Assembly (NCBI RefSeq): GCF_036321535.1
Contig: NC_087436.1
Span: 84,198,001-84,262,000, forward strand
Source: Camelus dromedarius
Lineage: Eukaryota
Direction: 5' to 3'
DNA: 64,000 bases
Within the stretch, counting starts at the first letter, position 1, and each line of letters opens with the position of its first letter. The notes under the pieces were generated by a model. The model did not search any database and was not told the DNA's origin. It saw nothing but the letters and a program-made list of their open reading frames with translations. This document shows positions 25,331 through 36,469 of the stretch, piece after piece. A program made the position numbers and the translations under genes.

Positions 25331-25638
25331 ATGTCACACTGGTAAATATCTACATAGGAGAGTGTAGGGAATGAGAAAGGGAAGGAGAATTCTGCAAATG
25401 AATCAGAGAGTCTCCTATTTGGAAGGAAACTTAGAGGCCATCTCATCTACACCCATGGACAGGACACATAAGTCCCTCTTGCAGAGGTGAGACCAGGTCA
25501 AAGATCAGGGGAAGGGGCCTGGCCAGGGTTTGGGGCCGGGCCTATGTCCTGGGCAGGTGGTGGTGAGGTGGGGGAGTAATTGTGCAATAAAAGAACACAC
25601 TGTGTCTCCTTTCCTTGCTTTTTTCACAGCCTTGAGTC

Positions 25639-25668
25639 GTGTGTGTATATGTGTGTGTGTGTGTGTGT
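25639..25668. repeat. (TG)n microsatellite
   Basis: Interrupted TG run at the tail of an antisense L1. Confidence 0.85.
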
Positions 25669-25669
25669 C

Positions 25670-26005
25670 TATAAAATTCACATAGCATAAAACTCACCAT
25701 TTCAACCATTTTAAAGTTTACAATTCAGTGGCATTTGGTACATTCACAATGTTGTACAACCATCACTACAATCTAGTCCCAGAACATTTCCATCATCCCT
25801 AAAGGAAAGCTTATACCCATTAAAAATCTATTGTGCAGCCTCCCTTCCCCCAACCCTAGCAACCACTGCTTTCTCTCTATGGACATTTCATAGAAGTGGA
25901 CTCATACCATATGTAACCTTTCTTGCCTGGCTCTTTTCACTTGGACTAATATTTTCAAGATTCACCAATATAGTATGTATCAGTAGTTCATTTCTTTTTA
26001 TGTCC
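25670..26005 (-). mobile_element. L1MB-like 3' end
   Basis: CATAAAACTCACCATTT..TACAATTCAGTGGCATTTGGTACATTCACAATGTTGTACAACCATCAC. Confidence 0.85.
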
Positions 26006-26387
26006 ACAGCCTTGTCTTTATATTGGTTTCTTGAACACACTTTCATTATAGCCTTAGAATATTAACTACTCGCCATTTGAAAGACCTCTCTTTCTGAGAA
26101 TGTAATCAAAGGGCACAATTACTTTCCTGAGACCATGTAGCCACCCTTCTCCTAGATATAGGGTCATCTAGTCCAGGCTCCCTGACAGAAGGAAGATTTC
26201 TGTTTCATTACAAAAGTATATACAAAGAAAACTATAAAACTTTATTGAGAGTTGTGAAGGACTTAGAAATGATAAAACAAAAAAAATTTTCCTAGATCAA
26301 AATATTAAATAAAGATGTTAATTCTTCTTAAATAAATTTGTAAGTTTAAAGCACTTCCAATCAACATCACAATAAGAAGTTTTTTGT

Positions 26388-26531
26388 GCAGGGAGGGGTA
26401 ATATAGGGGTAGGGGATTTTAAATGAGGGTTATTTTATTATGGGATTATATGAAATCATGGTGTGGAACTTTTGAAAATTGTAAAACACTAAAGAATTTA
26501 AAGAATCTTTTGTTCAATAAAAAGAAGATTT
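26388..26531 (+). mobile_element. L1 3' terminal fragment (different 3' UTR type)
   Basis: GGGGTAATATAGGGGTAGGGGA..GGGATTATATGAAATCATG..TTGAAAATTGTAAA..TTCAATAAAAA tail. Confidence 0.75.
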
Positions 26532-26547
26532 AAAAAAAGAATTTTTG

Positions 26548-27101
26548 ACACCCCAATGTTCATAGCAGCACTATTTACAATAGCCAAGACATGGGAACAG
26601 CCTAAATGTCCAGATGACTGGATAAAGAAGATGTGGTATATTTATACAATGGAATACTATTCAGCCATAAAAACCGACAACATAACACCATTTGCAGCAA
26701 CTTGGATGTTCCTGGAGGATGTCATTCTAAGTGAAGTAAGCCAGAAAGAGAAAGAAAAATACCATATGAGAGTGCTTATATGTGGAATCTAAAAAACAAA
26801 ATAAAATAAAACATAAATACAAAACAGAAACAGACCCATAGACATAGAATACAAATTTGTGGTTGCCAAAGGGGTGGGGGGTGGGAAGGGACAGACTGGG
26901 ATTTCAAAATGTAGAATAGATAAACAAGATTATACTGTATAGCACAGGGAAATATACACAAGATCTTGTGGTAGCTCACAGCGAAAAAAAATGTGACAAT
27001 ACATACATGTATGTTCATGTATAATTGAAAAATTGTGCTCTACACTGGAATTTGACACAACATTGTAAAATGACTATAACTCAATAAAAAATGTTAAAAA
27101 A
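26548..27101 (+). mobile_element. Young camelid L1, 5'-truncated
   Basis: ORF2 end MFIAALFTIAKTWEQPKCP..WIKKMWYIYTMEYYSAIK; perfect 16-bp TSD AAAAAAAGAATTTTTG at 26532-26547 and 27102-27117. Confidence 0.95.
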
Positions 27102-27174
27102 AAAAAAAGAATTTTTGTAACTTGACATTATTTTAAAATTAACTGGAAGAGTAAACATTTTAGAATGTCAAAGA

Positions 27175-28096
27175 GGATGACATGATACTATATATAGAAA
27201 CCCCTAAAGAAGCAACCAGAAAACTATGAGAGTTCATCAATGAATCTGGTAAAGTTGCAGGATACAAAACTAATATAGAAAAATCAGTTGCATTTCTATA
27301 CACTAACAACAAAATAGCAGAAAAAGAAATTAAGAAAACAAATACATTTACCATCACATCAAAAAGAATAAAATACCAAGGAATAAATCTACCCAAGGAG
27401 GCAAAAGACCTGTACTCCAAAACCTGTAAGACACTGATGAAATAAATTGAAGATGACATAAACAAATGGAAAGATATACCATGTTCTTGGATTGGAAGAA
27501 TCAATATTGTTAAAATGGCCACACTACCCAAGGCAATATATAGATTCAATGTAATTGCTATCAAATTACAGATGACATTTTTCACAGAGCTGAAACAAAA
27601 AATGTTAAAATTTGTATGAAAACACAAAAAACCCCAAATAGCAAAAACAGTCTTGAAAAAGGAGAACAGAGCTAGAGGAATCATGCTCCCTGACTTCAGA
27701 CTATACTACAAAACTACAGTAATCAAGACAGTATGGTACTGACACAAGAACAGACACATAGACCAATGGAACAGGATAGAAAGTCCAGAAATAAACCTAC
27801 ATACTTATGGCCAATTAATCTATGACAAAGGAGGCGAGAATATACAATGGAGAAAAGACAGTCTCTTCAATAAGTGGTGCTGGGAAAACTGGACAGTTTC
27901 CTGTAAAAGACTGAAATTAAAACATTCTATAACACCATGTATAAAAATAAGCTCAAAATAGATTAAAGACCTAAATGTAAGACCAGATACTATAAAACTC
28001 CTAGAGGAAAACATAGGCAGAACACTCTGACATAAATCACAGGAATGTTTTTTTTTTTCGAACCAGCTCCTAAAGTAATGGAAATAAAGGCAAAAA
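27175..28096 (+). mobile_element. Internal L1 ORF2 fragment (RT domain end onward), lacking 3' UTR
   Basis: Begins DDMILYIETPKEATRKL*EFINESGKVAGYK; flanked by TAGAAT(G/T)TCAAAGA at 27161-27174 and 28097-28110. Confidence 0.92.
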
Positions 28097-28579
28097 TAGA
28101 ATTTCAAAGAAAGTTCTGGAAAAAGAATCCTGAAGAGGCTAGGCATTTTAAAGGGTTAAACTATTTTATCATTACAGTGATGAAAACAGTACATTAATAA
28201 TTCTGGAATAAACAGGTAGTTCAGTGGAACCATCTAGAGAAGAAACTGTCAAACTCAATGTCCATTTTCTCAGCACAATCTCCTCTCCTTCCATCTGTCT
28301 CCTTTAGTTTTCCTTGTGGACCTGTTTCTTCAGCCTTACCAAAACCTTGAATCCCTGAACCCTCTGCTTCTTCCTGTCTTTCCCCATTTATTCATCTCTT
28401 GTCTCTTTGCTTCCTTCCCTCTTCTCTGATAGAGACTCCATGTTTCATCATCTCAACAATTCTTTGCTCATACTTTCAACTTCCTTTCTCCATTTCCCTT
28501 CCATTATACCCTGTGGCAAAACCCCAAAACAAACAAACAAACTTGCATCTAGTGACTGGAAAGAGACACAAACTGGGTA

Positions 28580-28991
28580 AACTAGGTTGAATAGTGTACT
28601 CCTCAAATTTATGCTCACCCAGCACCTCAAAATTTCCCTTGTTTGAAAATAGGGTCTTTGAATATGTAATTAGTTAAAATAATTTCATACTGGATGAGGG
28701 TGGGTCCTAAATCCAACAAGTGGTGTCATTACAAGAAGGCTATGTGAAGACAGAGAGACACAGAAATGCAGGCAAACACAGAGGGAAGAAGACTGTGAGA
28801 AATGGAGGCAGAAATTGGGGTTTTGCAGCTACAAGCCAAAGAGCCGCAGGGATTGCTGCTAGGAAAAGGCAAGGTGCCCCTTAGAGCAGACACCTTGATT
28901 TCAGTTCTAGCCTCCAAACTGCAAGAGGGTAGGTTTCTATTGTTTTAAGCCGCTCGGCTGCTTGTTTTAGCAGTTCTAGGAAACTAATATA
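28580..28991 (+). mobile_element. MaLR LTR (MLT1B/C-like)
   Basis: GGTTGAATAGTG..AAATAGGGTCTTTG..GGGTGGGTCCTAAATCCAA..GCCTCCAAACTG..CTAGGAAACTAATA. Confidence 0.85.
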
Positions 28992-30046
28992 GGGAGTTCT
29001 AGGGTGCTGGGTATGCAAGTGCCTTCTCTGTGAGTTCATTAAGCTATATATGATGTATTCAATCAGTAGTTTAAAAACAATTACAAAGAAAACAAAATAA
29101 AGCATTACTTTTCCTTACCTGAGCCCACACCTGCGCCGTTCAGGGCTGCTGGAGAAAACCTCCCAACCTCAGAGAGTGGTGCCCGTCTCTGCTCTAGTGG
29201 TGCCCATCCATCTCCCCATATGTCCCTGGAGAGGGCTTTCCCTTGCTCTCCATGGGGCCACTGCAGAGTTCTCTTCTCAAAGTTCATTCCACTTGAGCAT
29301 TTCCTCTTTCACGCTCATCAAATGACTTTGCTTCCAACTTGTCAGTGAAAAAGACACCACTTGAAGGCAACTCGAGTGTCCTGCTATTCCTCCTCCACAC
29401 CGCCCACTTTTCCTCTCCCCTTCCTTCCTCCTGCCAAGAATCATTCTGTTCTCTGAATCCTATCTCTTCTAGCCTCTGAAAAGATCCCACTCTTTTGCAA
29501 TGTTCTCATATTTATAAATAAATCCACACTCCCTTTGGCTAAATAGAAAGATTTCACTAATCCCTTCTCACCCCACTCCCTGGAGATTGTGAAACATTTT
29601 CCCTAGCAAGGTGTGCTCTGGTGCCCTTTGAGAGTCCCTCCATCTTCTCTGTCCTCATCAGGCAAGAAGAGCCTGTGGAGCATCACTCTGGATCGTTCAC
29701 ATCGTGTAAATGTTAGGTACACGTTGTATATTATTTTCTGAATGTGCCGAGGTCATATATTGTCCCAGCATTTCCTGTTTAGCCTTTCCCTGCCCCACAT
29801 TTAGGCAGCTGGGCATTTTGTTTTGTCGTCTCGGGGAAGGGGTGACACAGCAGAATGTGGATAACAAAAGAGGCTCATTTTTGGCTTTGGAGTGGCAAAG
29901 TCCCAGGCCTCAGGGCAAACACAGTGAGTTAGGGAAAATATAAAAAAGCCAGGCTATCCCCACAGATTAGATAATGCTGAGTGAAGAGTTCGAGCAACCA
30001 AAGGCAAAAAGAAAGCTCAAAGGCCAGTTGGCCATGGTTGGGGATG

Positions 30047-30435
30047 CTGTGGAAGCTGCCCACATCCCACTTTGGGACTGAAACTCACCCCCCTGCCCAG
30101 CTTCTGGGAGGGCTGACTGCTGACGGCTCTCACTTGGGGCCCTCCCCGGGAATTACAGAAGGCTGCCTCCCGCAAGCTGATGCCCCCTCTCTAGGGACAA
30201 CCAGTAATAACAATTCTTCCATGCGGAAGAACAGAGGTCCAGGCCCCTTATTTCAACTCAGAATAACTCAGAGAGGCCATCCCGTGTCAGAGCTTCCTGA
30301 GGAATTGGCGGGGGCTCCTGCTACCCCTGCACCCCAGTTCCATCTCTCCCTCTTCCTGAACACAGCTGCTGTTCTTGAAAGTCTCCCCACTCCCACCCCT
30401 ACTCGCTTCCTGCATGTGAATATTTATCTACCAAA
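30047..30435 (+). mobile_element. ERVL LTR (LTR16A-like), possibly followed by degenerate internal sequence
   Basis: GCTGACGGCTCTCA..CCCTCCCCGGGAATT..GGCCATCCC..CAGAGCTTCCTG..CTTCCTGCATG. Confidence 0.6.
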
Positions 30436-31204
30436 AATAGTTGCTCCGATGGGTCCTGCCACGTCTAGGAAGACACAGCTGAAAATTGAGGAATGGAAGT
30501 CACTTGGAGAGGCCCCCAGAGCTCCAGAAGCTCAGCCTAGTGCAGGAGAGGAGAAGGGACGTGACCTGTGTCTTATGTGTGTTAAGAAGGCCCCAGTCAG
30601 TCTCGGCATTTCCCACAGACCCGAGCTTCTGCAAGACCAGTGCAGGATCACTGACCCAGTTAAGAGGGTCTCAGATGTGGCACTGGCAGACGACAGACCT
30701 GAAAAGGCCTCAGGGTTGGGACCTGCACGGACCCACAACTCATGACCAGATGGGAATTAGGGCACCTCAGAAGGTGCCGCCATGATGAGCAGTGATACTG
30801 AATACCACATCCTGGTCCTACTCCTCAAAGTCTTGATGCTATCCACACCCCTGAACTTCCACAAGAAAAGGAACTCAGCCCAGAAATAGGCAAAAATCTA
30901 TTTTACATAGGCTATGAAATCATGTTTATCCAACCTCCATGTGACCTCCAAGCCAAAAGTCAAAACAAAAAGTCAACAATAGATTGGGGAAAATATTCAG
31001 CAAATATGAAGACAAAAGCTTACCATTTTAAATATGAGGAGTCCTTACAGATGGACAGGAAAAACACAAAGAACCCAAGTGGGGAGAGGGAGAGGAGAAA
31101 CAGGTATCAGACTGTTGTAGCTGAATACTTTGGATTGTGCAGGTGAAATATTGGGAGATTTTCACATTTCTGTAGTGTTCAAGTTATTACAAACTGTAAA
31201 AATC

Positions 31205-31420
31205 CAGTAATAATAAGAGCCAGTATTTTATTGTTTGCCGCCAGACATTATACTCAGTTATTTGCATGCATTTCCTCATTCAGCCATCTCAATCATCTTT
31301 TTAAGCAAGTTCTGACATTTTCCCTGCCTGAGGAAATGAGGCACAGGAGAAGATGAGCATCACCCAGTGGTGGAGTTAGGATTCAAACCCAGAGCCTGAC
31401 TCTGTAGCCACAGTCCTGAT
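31205..31420 (-). mobile_element. MIR SINE
   Basis: TGCATGCATTTCCTCATT..TGAGGAAATGAGGCACAG..GGAGTTAGGATTCAAACCCAG. Confidence 0.75.
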
Positions 31421-31994
31421 CAGCAGGTTGTGTGTGTTTGTGTGTGTGTGTGTGTGTATTTGCAGTTGAAATATTTATGAAGACAATTACAAGCATTAAA
31501 AATGCCAATGAGACAATGTTACCTGAAAGGTGACCTCTACAAAATAGGTGTACACTGTGATTTATGATTTTCCATGTACATTAACATGTATCTCTGAAGA
31601 GGCTGCAGTCATGGTATGCATGATAGAGATCTTTTTACTTGTCAAAGTGCAAAAAAGTAAGTATCAAATACAAGCTGAAAGTTGAACTTATTCTTACACA
31701 GCTCAGGTGTGTAGGCTGGACCAACTCTTTCTCCTTCCTACTCCATCATGCTGACTCATCGATCATTGTCAGCATCATTGTTTGCCTCCCCAAACACCAC
31801 TAAGAATTCAGGAGGGAACTGGGGATCAGAGAGGTGAAGTGTTTTTGCCAAGGCTGTATAGCTGGGAAGAAGCCAAGTATGGACTTGAACCCAAGGTTCT
31901 CCACATTTGACTTTAGTTTTTTCTGACTTCTATCATAGTTGCTATTTCAATTTCATCCTTCTACTTCCTTCTCTATTTAGGAATTGAAGACTAT

Positions 31995-32250
31995 TTTTAA
32001 AATATACTTTTTATTTTGGAATAAATTTAGACCTAAGGAAAAATTGCAAAGATAGTACAGAGTTGTGTATGCTCTTCACCAGTTTGCCCTAATGTTAACT
32101 TCTTTCATAACTGTGGTACACTTGTTAAAATTAAGAAATTGGTATTACTGGTATTATTAACCAAACTCCAGACTTTATTCAGATTTTACCAGTTTTCTTA
32201 CCAATCTCCTTTTTCTGTTCCAGGATCCAAGACACTACATTTAGTTGAAA
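31995..32250 (-). mobile_element. L1MC/MD-like 3' end
   Basis: TTTTATTTTGGAATAAATTTAGA..AAATTGCAAAGATAGTACAGAG..CTCCAGACTTTATTCAGATTT..TTCCAGGATCCA. Confidence 0.8.
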
Positions 32251-32794
32251 TTCATTTTTCTTTCATACACTAAAAACATCAAAACCTACTCTTTAATTCC
32301 AGTGGAAAAAACTGCACGGTTCTGGCTGTGGTTTTCCAAGTCTGCACAAACAACTTCTTTGTTTTTTCAATGACCATCTTCAGGAGTATACAGGCCAGTC
32401 AGCTTTTTTGAATGCAAGGAACAGAGAGCTCCCCAAACTAACTTAAGTAAGGCCAAGGAGCGAGTCTGTGGGAACTCTCGGACAGGAAGCAAGGAATCAA
32501 GGACAGGAACGGGAAGAGCTGTCAGGAATGGATGTTCTTCTCTCCAGCTTATCTGAGTTCCTCTCCTGCCTTTGCTCACCTTGCACTTCTCTTTTCTCTC
32601 TTCTGATCTGGTTTCCCTGTTTACTTGTCCCACACATGCCCACATTGGCCACTAATATTAGCCCACAATCCACATAGTTTAGTGTGTGCCACCAGCTACA
32701 AGTTCATTCTGCTTAAAACCCACCTCATGTATTTAGCGAACCCCTAAATCATACAGGTGTTAGTCAATGGATGGTGGTAAAAATTGTGTCTATT

Positions 32795-33050
32795 ATGGTT
32801 ACTGGGGGTAAAGGGGGTGGGAAGGTATCAATTTGGGAGTTCAAGATTTGCAAATATTAACTACTATGTATAAAAATAAATTAAAGAACAAGTTTATTCT
32901 GTATAGCACAGAGAACTATATTCAATATCTTGTAATAACCTTTAATGAAAAAGAATATGAAAATGAAAATATGTATGTATATGCATGACTGGGACATTAT
33001 GCTGTACACCAGGGACTGACACATTGTAACTGACTATAGTTCAATTAAAA
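32795..33050 (+). mobile_element. Young L1 3' UTR fragment
   Basis: ATGGTTACTGGGGG..CTGTATAGCACAGAGAACTATATTCAA; TSD AAAAATTG(T/G)GTCTATT at 32779-32794 and 33051-33066. Confidence 0.93.
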
Positions 33051-33576
33051 AAAAATTGGGTCTATTTTCCCAATCCAACTTGAAATACATATTTATATAT
33101 ATATAATTTATTATCTAGACAATCTTTTGTTATTGTGGCAGAAAAATCAATTTATCTATGATGCAAGTTATCAAAGACTTTATGACAATAGCATTATTAG
33201 AATCCACTCATAAGAAATTGGAGGAAAGAGATCACTAAAACTGAATTTTTAGTTGAGGGGGAAGTAGAAGTGAATAAAATCTCTAGGGATTATTAAACAC
33301 AGGACTGCAGGGACTGTGTATCAAAGATTTTCAGACAAATAGTATGGGCTTCAAACAGAATTTTGAATTTCCCAGAATTTCAGCTAATGCCCTAGGAAAG
33401 TACACAGCTAATCCAAATCTGCTAATTAATCTAATAGAACACGTTGGCTCTTTTTGGCTTTCTCCTTTGGGAGAGGAAAAAAATAACCCTGCTTATAAAC
33501 TGATGGTTCTTAAAACAGACATTAAAACTTATTGCAGTTCTTCAGGGATTTTAGGCTTCAATAAACCAATGGGAAA

Positions 33577-34053
33577 TGTTGGGCCAACTGACGTCCTTCA
33601 GAGTCCGATGACCCCCATTTCTGGGCTCTCAGATGTCTGGCTGTGATCTCTCAACAGATGAAGTACATTGTTTACTGGGCGTGTTTCCCCTAACAATCTA
33701 ATAGCCCTAGGCCATGCCTAATCTCCCAATAGCTCAGGCTGGCTTGTTTCAGCCCACCTTACCAGAGTCATAAATCCCACCACCCTTCACAGACCCTAAA
33801 CCTCTTACCTCACCTACAACCAATCAGAGACGTGTGCACAAGCCGATCAGGCACCTTGTGACCTGAGCTTATAAAACACCCCAACAACCGGCCTCAGTGC
33901 TCATGCAGGCACCCCTCGCCTGTGCAGCCTGCTATTGTCTGACAGCATACCCTAATAAACTCGTCTGTTCTTATACTCAATCTCTGGTAAATTCTTCTAC
34001 CAACCCACGTTGTCATTGGCTCACTGAATGGCCACCTCATTGTGCCCACAACA
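33577..34053 (+). mobile_element. Well-preserved solo LTR (477 bp)
   Basis: TGTTG...CAACA termini; perfect 5-bp TSD GGAAA; CCAAT 33820, TATAAAA 33870, AATAAA 33954. Confidence 0.9.
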
Positions 34054-34232
34054 GGAAAGTACTTTCTTGAATGCATACACACACCTTGTTCCCCCATTAA
34101 CATTTTCTACCCTTCCCCTCTCTCTCCCTCCTCCCCCTCCCTCCCTTCCCTCATTCCTACTACAAATACCTATGGAACACCTACCGCGTGCCGCATACAG
34201 TTAGGCCGCAGTGAAACAGCAGTGAACAATAG

Positions 34233-34719
34233 GGAAGGGGTTTAGAGCACGCCACCCCAAAATATGCCACTTTGGCATGCTGCTTCTTTCCAGCTAAAGG
34301 CACTTGAAAAACAGGTGTGAAAGGCACTCTGACCTCCCTTTTTCTTCCTGAAAACAGAGGATGAATCTCCCAAGTGAAAGACGCCCTCCTTATACCAGGA
34401 GGAAAAGAGATGGAGAGTCCCGGCTGAGAGACACCAATACAGACAGACCTTGTTAAACTAACTCTTATCTTTCTTACATTTTAGTTACTTTTCCATATAT
34501 TTTAGTTGCCTTTCCACAACTGTCACTCTTTGTTAAACTCAGTCTATAAGCACTTAGGCCTACACATTTCTTTGGGGCTTCATTTTCCTGTGAGGACTCC
34601 CATATAAAATGTCAAATTTTATTACAATAGAAGTTTTATGTTTTTCTCCTGTTAATCTCTTAAGACAGTCCCAGGTGGAAACCCTAAGAGGGTAGAGGAG
34701 AAATTTTACCTCCCTTACA
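34233..34719 (+). mobile_element. ERV1 solo LTR (MER34-like)
   Basis: GCCACCCCAAAATATGCCACTTTGGCAT start; GAGGGTAGAGG..CTCCCTTACA end; 4-bp TSD ATAG at 34229-34232 and 34720-34723. Confidence 0.85.
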
Positions 34720-34974
34720 ATAGTAAAAAAAATAAAATAGAATGTTAGGTGTGTAATATGCTTTAGGGGAAATAGAAAGCAAAGGAGGGGTCAGAGGGAG
34801 CTGGTGAGGGGCGCCACGATTTTAAATAAAGTCTCAGGGAAGCCTTATTATGAAGCTAATATTTGAGCAAAGGCCAAAGCAGGTGCAGGAGGGAGCTTTG
34901 CAGATATGTGGGACAAAAGCAAATGGAAAAGTGCTGCTGATGGAGAGAGCTGGAAGTTTGAGAGCAATAAGGAT

Positions 34975-35180
34975 CAGGGCTGGGGACTGGGGGGAGGCGA
35001 GGTGTGCAAATGCAGGGGTGGATCCTGTCTTTCTTGCAAATATTTATATTTTGTGTATCATGGATTTTTTTTTTTGCATTAATTTTGATATTACATTAAA
35101 AACATTATTTCTCTTGATTACTGAGGGTTTTGGCATCTCAAGGCTAGTGCCTCACAAACTTCACTCCAGTCCAGGCCCTG
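34975..35180 (-). mobile_element. hAT MITE (MER96B-like)
   Basis: CAGGGC...GCCCTG terminal inverted repeats; CATGGATTTTTTTTTTGCATTAATTTTGA..TCTTGATTACTGAG interior. Confidence 0.75.
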
Positions 35181-35292
35181 GAGTTGATGGAGGGGGTGAA
35201 GGGGTGACAGAGAGGAGGAGGAAATGACGCCAGAGAGAAGGGGCGGTGGGGAGTCTGTGGAGTTTGGCTTTTACTCGGAAGTCACCGAGGCC

Positions 35293-35827
35293 TGTATTTG
35301 TTTTCTATTGCTGTGGTAACAAATTACCGCAAACCGAGTGGCTTAAGCAACACAAATTTGTACCTTACAGTTCTATCGATCAGAACTCCGACACAGGTCT
35401 TGCCAGGCTGAAATCTAGCTGATGGCTGGGCAGCATTTTTCACTGGAAGCTCTAGGGGAGAATCCTTTTTCTTGCTCTTTTGGTTTGTTGGCAGAATTCA
35501 GTTCCATGCAGATGTAGGACTGAGGACTTTCCCCCCGTTCTTTCTTTCTTTTCTACTGTGGGCTGCGGCCCCTTCCTCCACTTTCAAAGCCAGCAGTAGA
35601 GGGCCAAGTCCATCTCACTGCAGATCTCTCTGATTTCACTCTTCTGCCTCCCTCTTCCACTTTTAAGAACTCCTGTGATTAGACAGGGCCCACCTGGTAA
35701 TCCAGAGTCCTCTCTCTAACCCAAGGTCCATGCCCTAAGCACATCCTCATTGCCTTGTGAGATAACATATTCACAGGTTCTGGGGATTAGGACATGACAT
35801 CTTTGGGAAACCTTGATTCCACCCACA
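35293..35827 (-). mobile_element. MaLR LTR (MLT1D/E-like)
   Basis: TGTATT..TTCTATTGCTGTGGTAACAAATTACC..GTGGCTTAAGCAACACAAATT..TTCACAGGTTCTGGGGATTAGGACATG..CCACA. Confidence 0.88.
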
Positions 35828-36016
35828 ATGAGGGCTTTGAGCCATGAGGTAATGATCACTCTAGCTGCTCTGTTGAGAATAGTTGTGGGGAGGGGCAGGG
35901 AAGACAAGAGAAGAAACAGGGAAACAGGTGAGGAGGCTAAAGCAGTAATTCAGGGTAGAAGTGATGGTGGTCTGAATCAAGGGAGGGGCTGCGGAGGAGA
36001 GAGCTGAGGTTGAATA

Positions 36017-36469
36017 AGTGATGGTAGGTTTTATGGGTCAGCTTGGCTAGGCTACAGTCCCCAGTTATTCAATCAAATGCTCATTTGGGGGTTGCTGTGA
36101 AGATACTTTGCAGATGTCAATAAAGTCTCTAATCAGTTGACTTTAAGTAAGGGAAATTATCCTAGGTTCAGGGGGGCCTGATTCAACCAGCTGAAAGGCC
36201 TTATGAGCAGAGCTGAGGTTCCTTGATGAAGAAGAAGACGTACCTGTGGACAGCAGCTTCAGCTCGTGCCTGCAAGTTCCCTCCTGTCTTTCCTGATGGC
36301 CACCCTGTAGACTGCAGACTCACCTAACCAGCCTCCGCAATTATGAAAGCTGATTCCTTGAAATACATCTCCTTCTGGTTCTGTTTCTGTTGTTGAACCA
36401 TATGTAGGGACAGATACTGAATACATGTTGTGATGTAGATGGTTATAGACGTAGAGACTGACTGATACA
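36017..36469 (+). mobile_element. ERVL LTR (MLT2-like)
   Basis: GTGATGG..TTTTATGGGTCAGCTTGGCTAGGCTACAGTCCCCAGTTATTCAATCAAA..CTGACTGATACA. Confidence 0.85.

Larger units (their letters stand above)
26210..28250 (+). mobile_element. Ancient L1 ORF2 remnant hosting three younger L1 insertions (pieces ~26210-26387, 27118-27174, 28097-28250)
   Basis: AAGAAAACTATAAAACTTTATTGAGAG..AAAGATGTTAATTCTT..; collinear continuation AACTTGAC..TAAAATT..TGGAA after the inserts. Confidence 0.7.

Noticed and set aside
27160..27684. 174-aa hydrophobic minus-strand ORF
   Set aside because: Antisense of A-rich L1 ORF2, a common artefact
29981..30745. Longest ORF (254 aa)
   Set aside because: Starts at GTG, overlaps an LTR16-like element, has no recognisable domain or splice context
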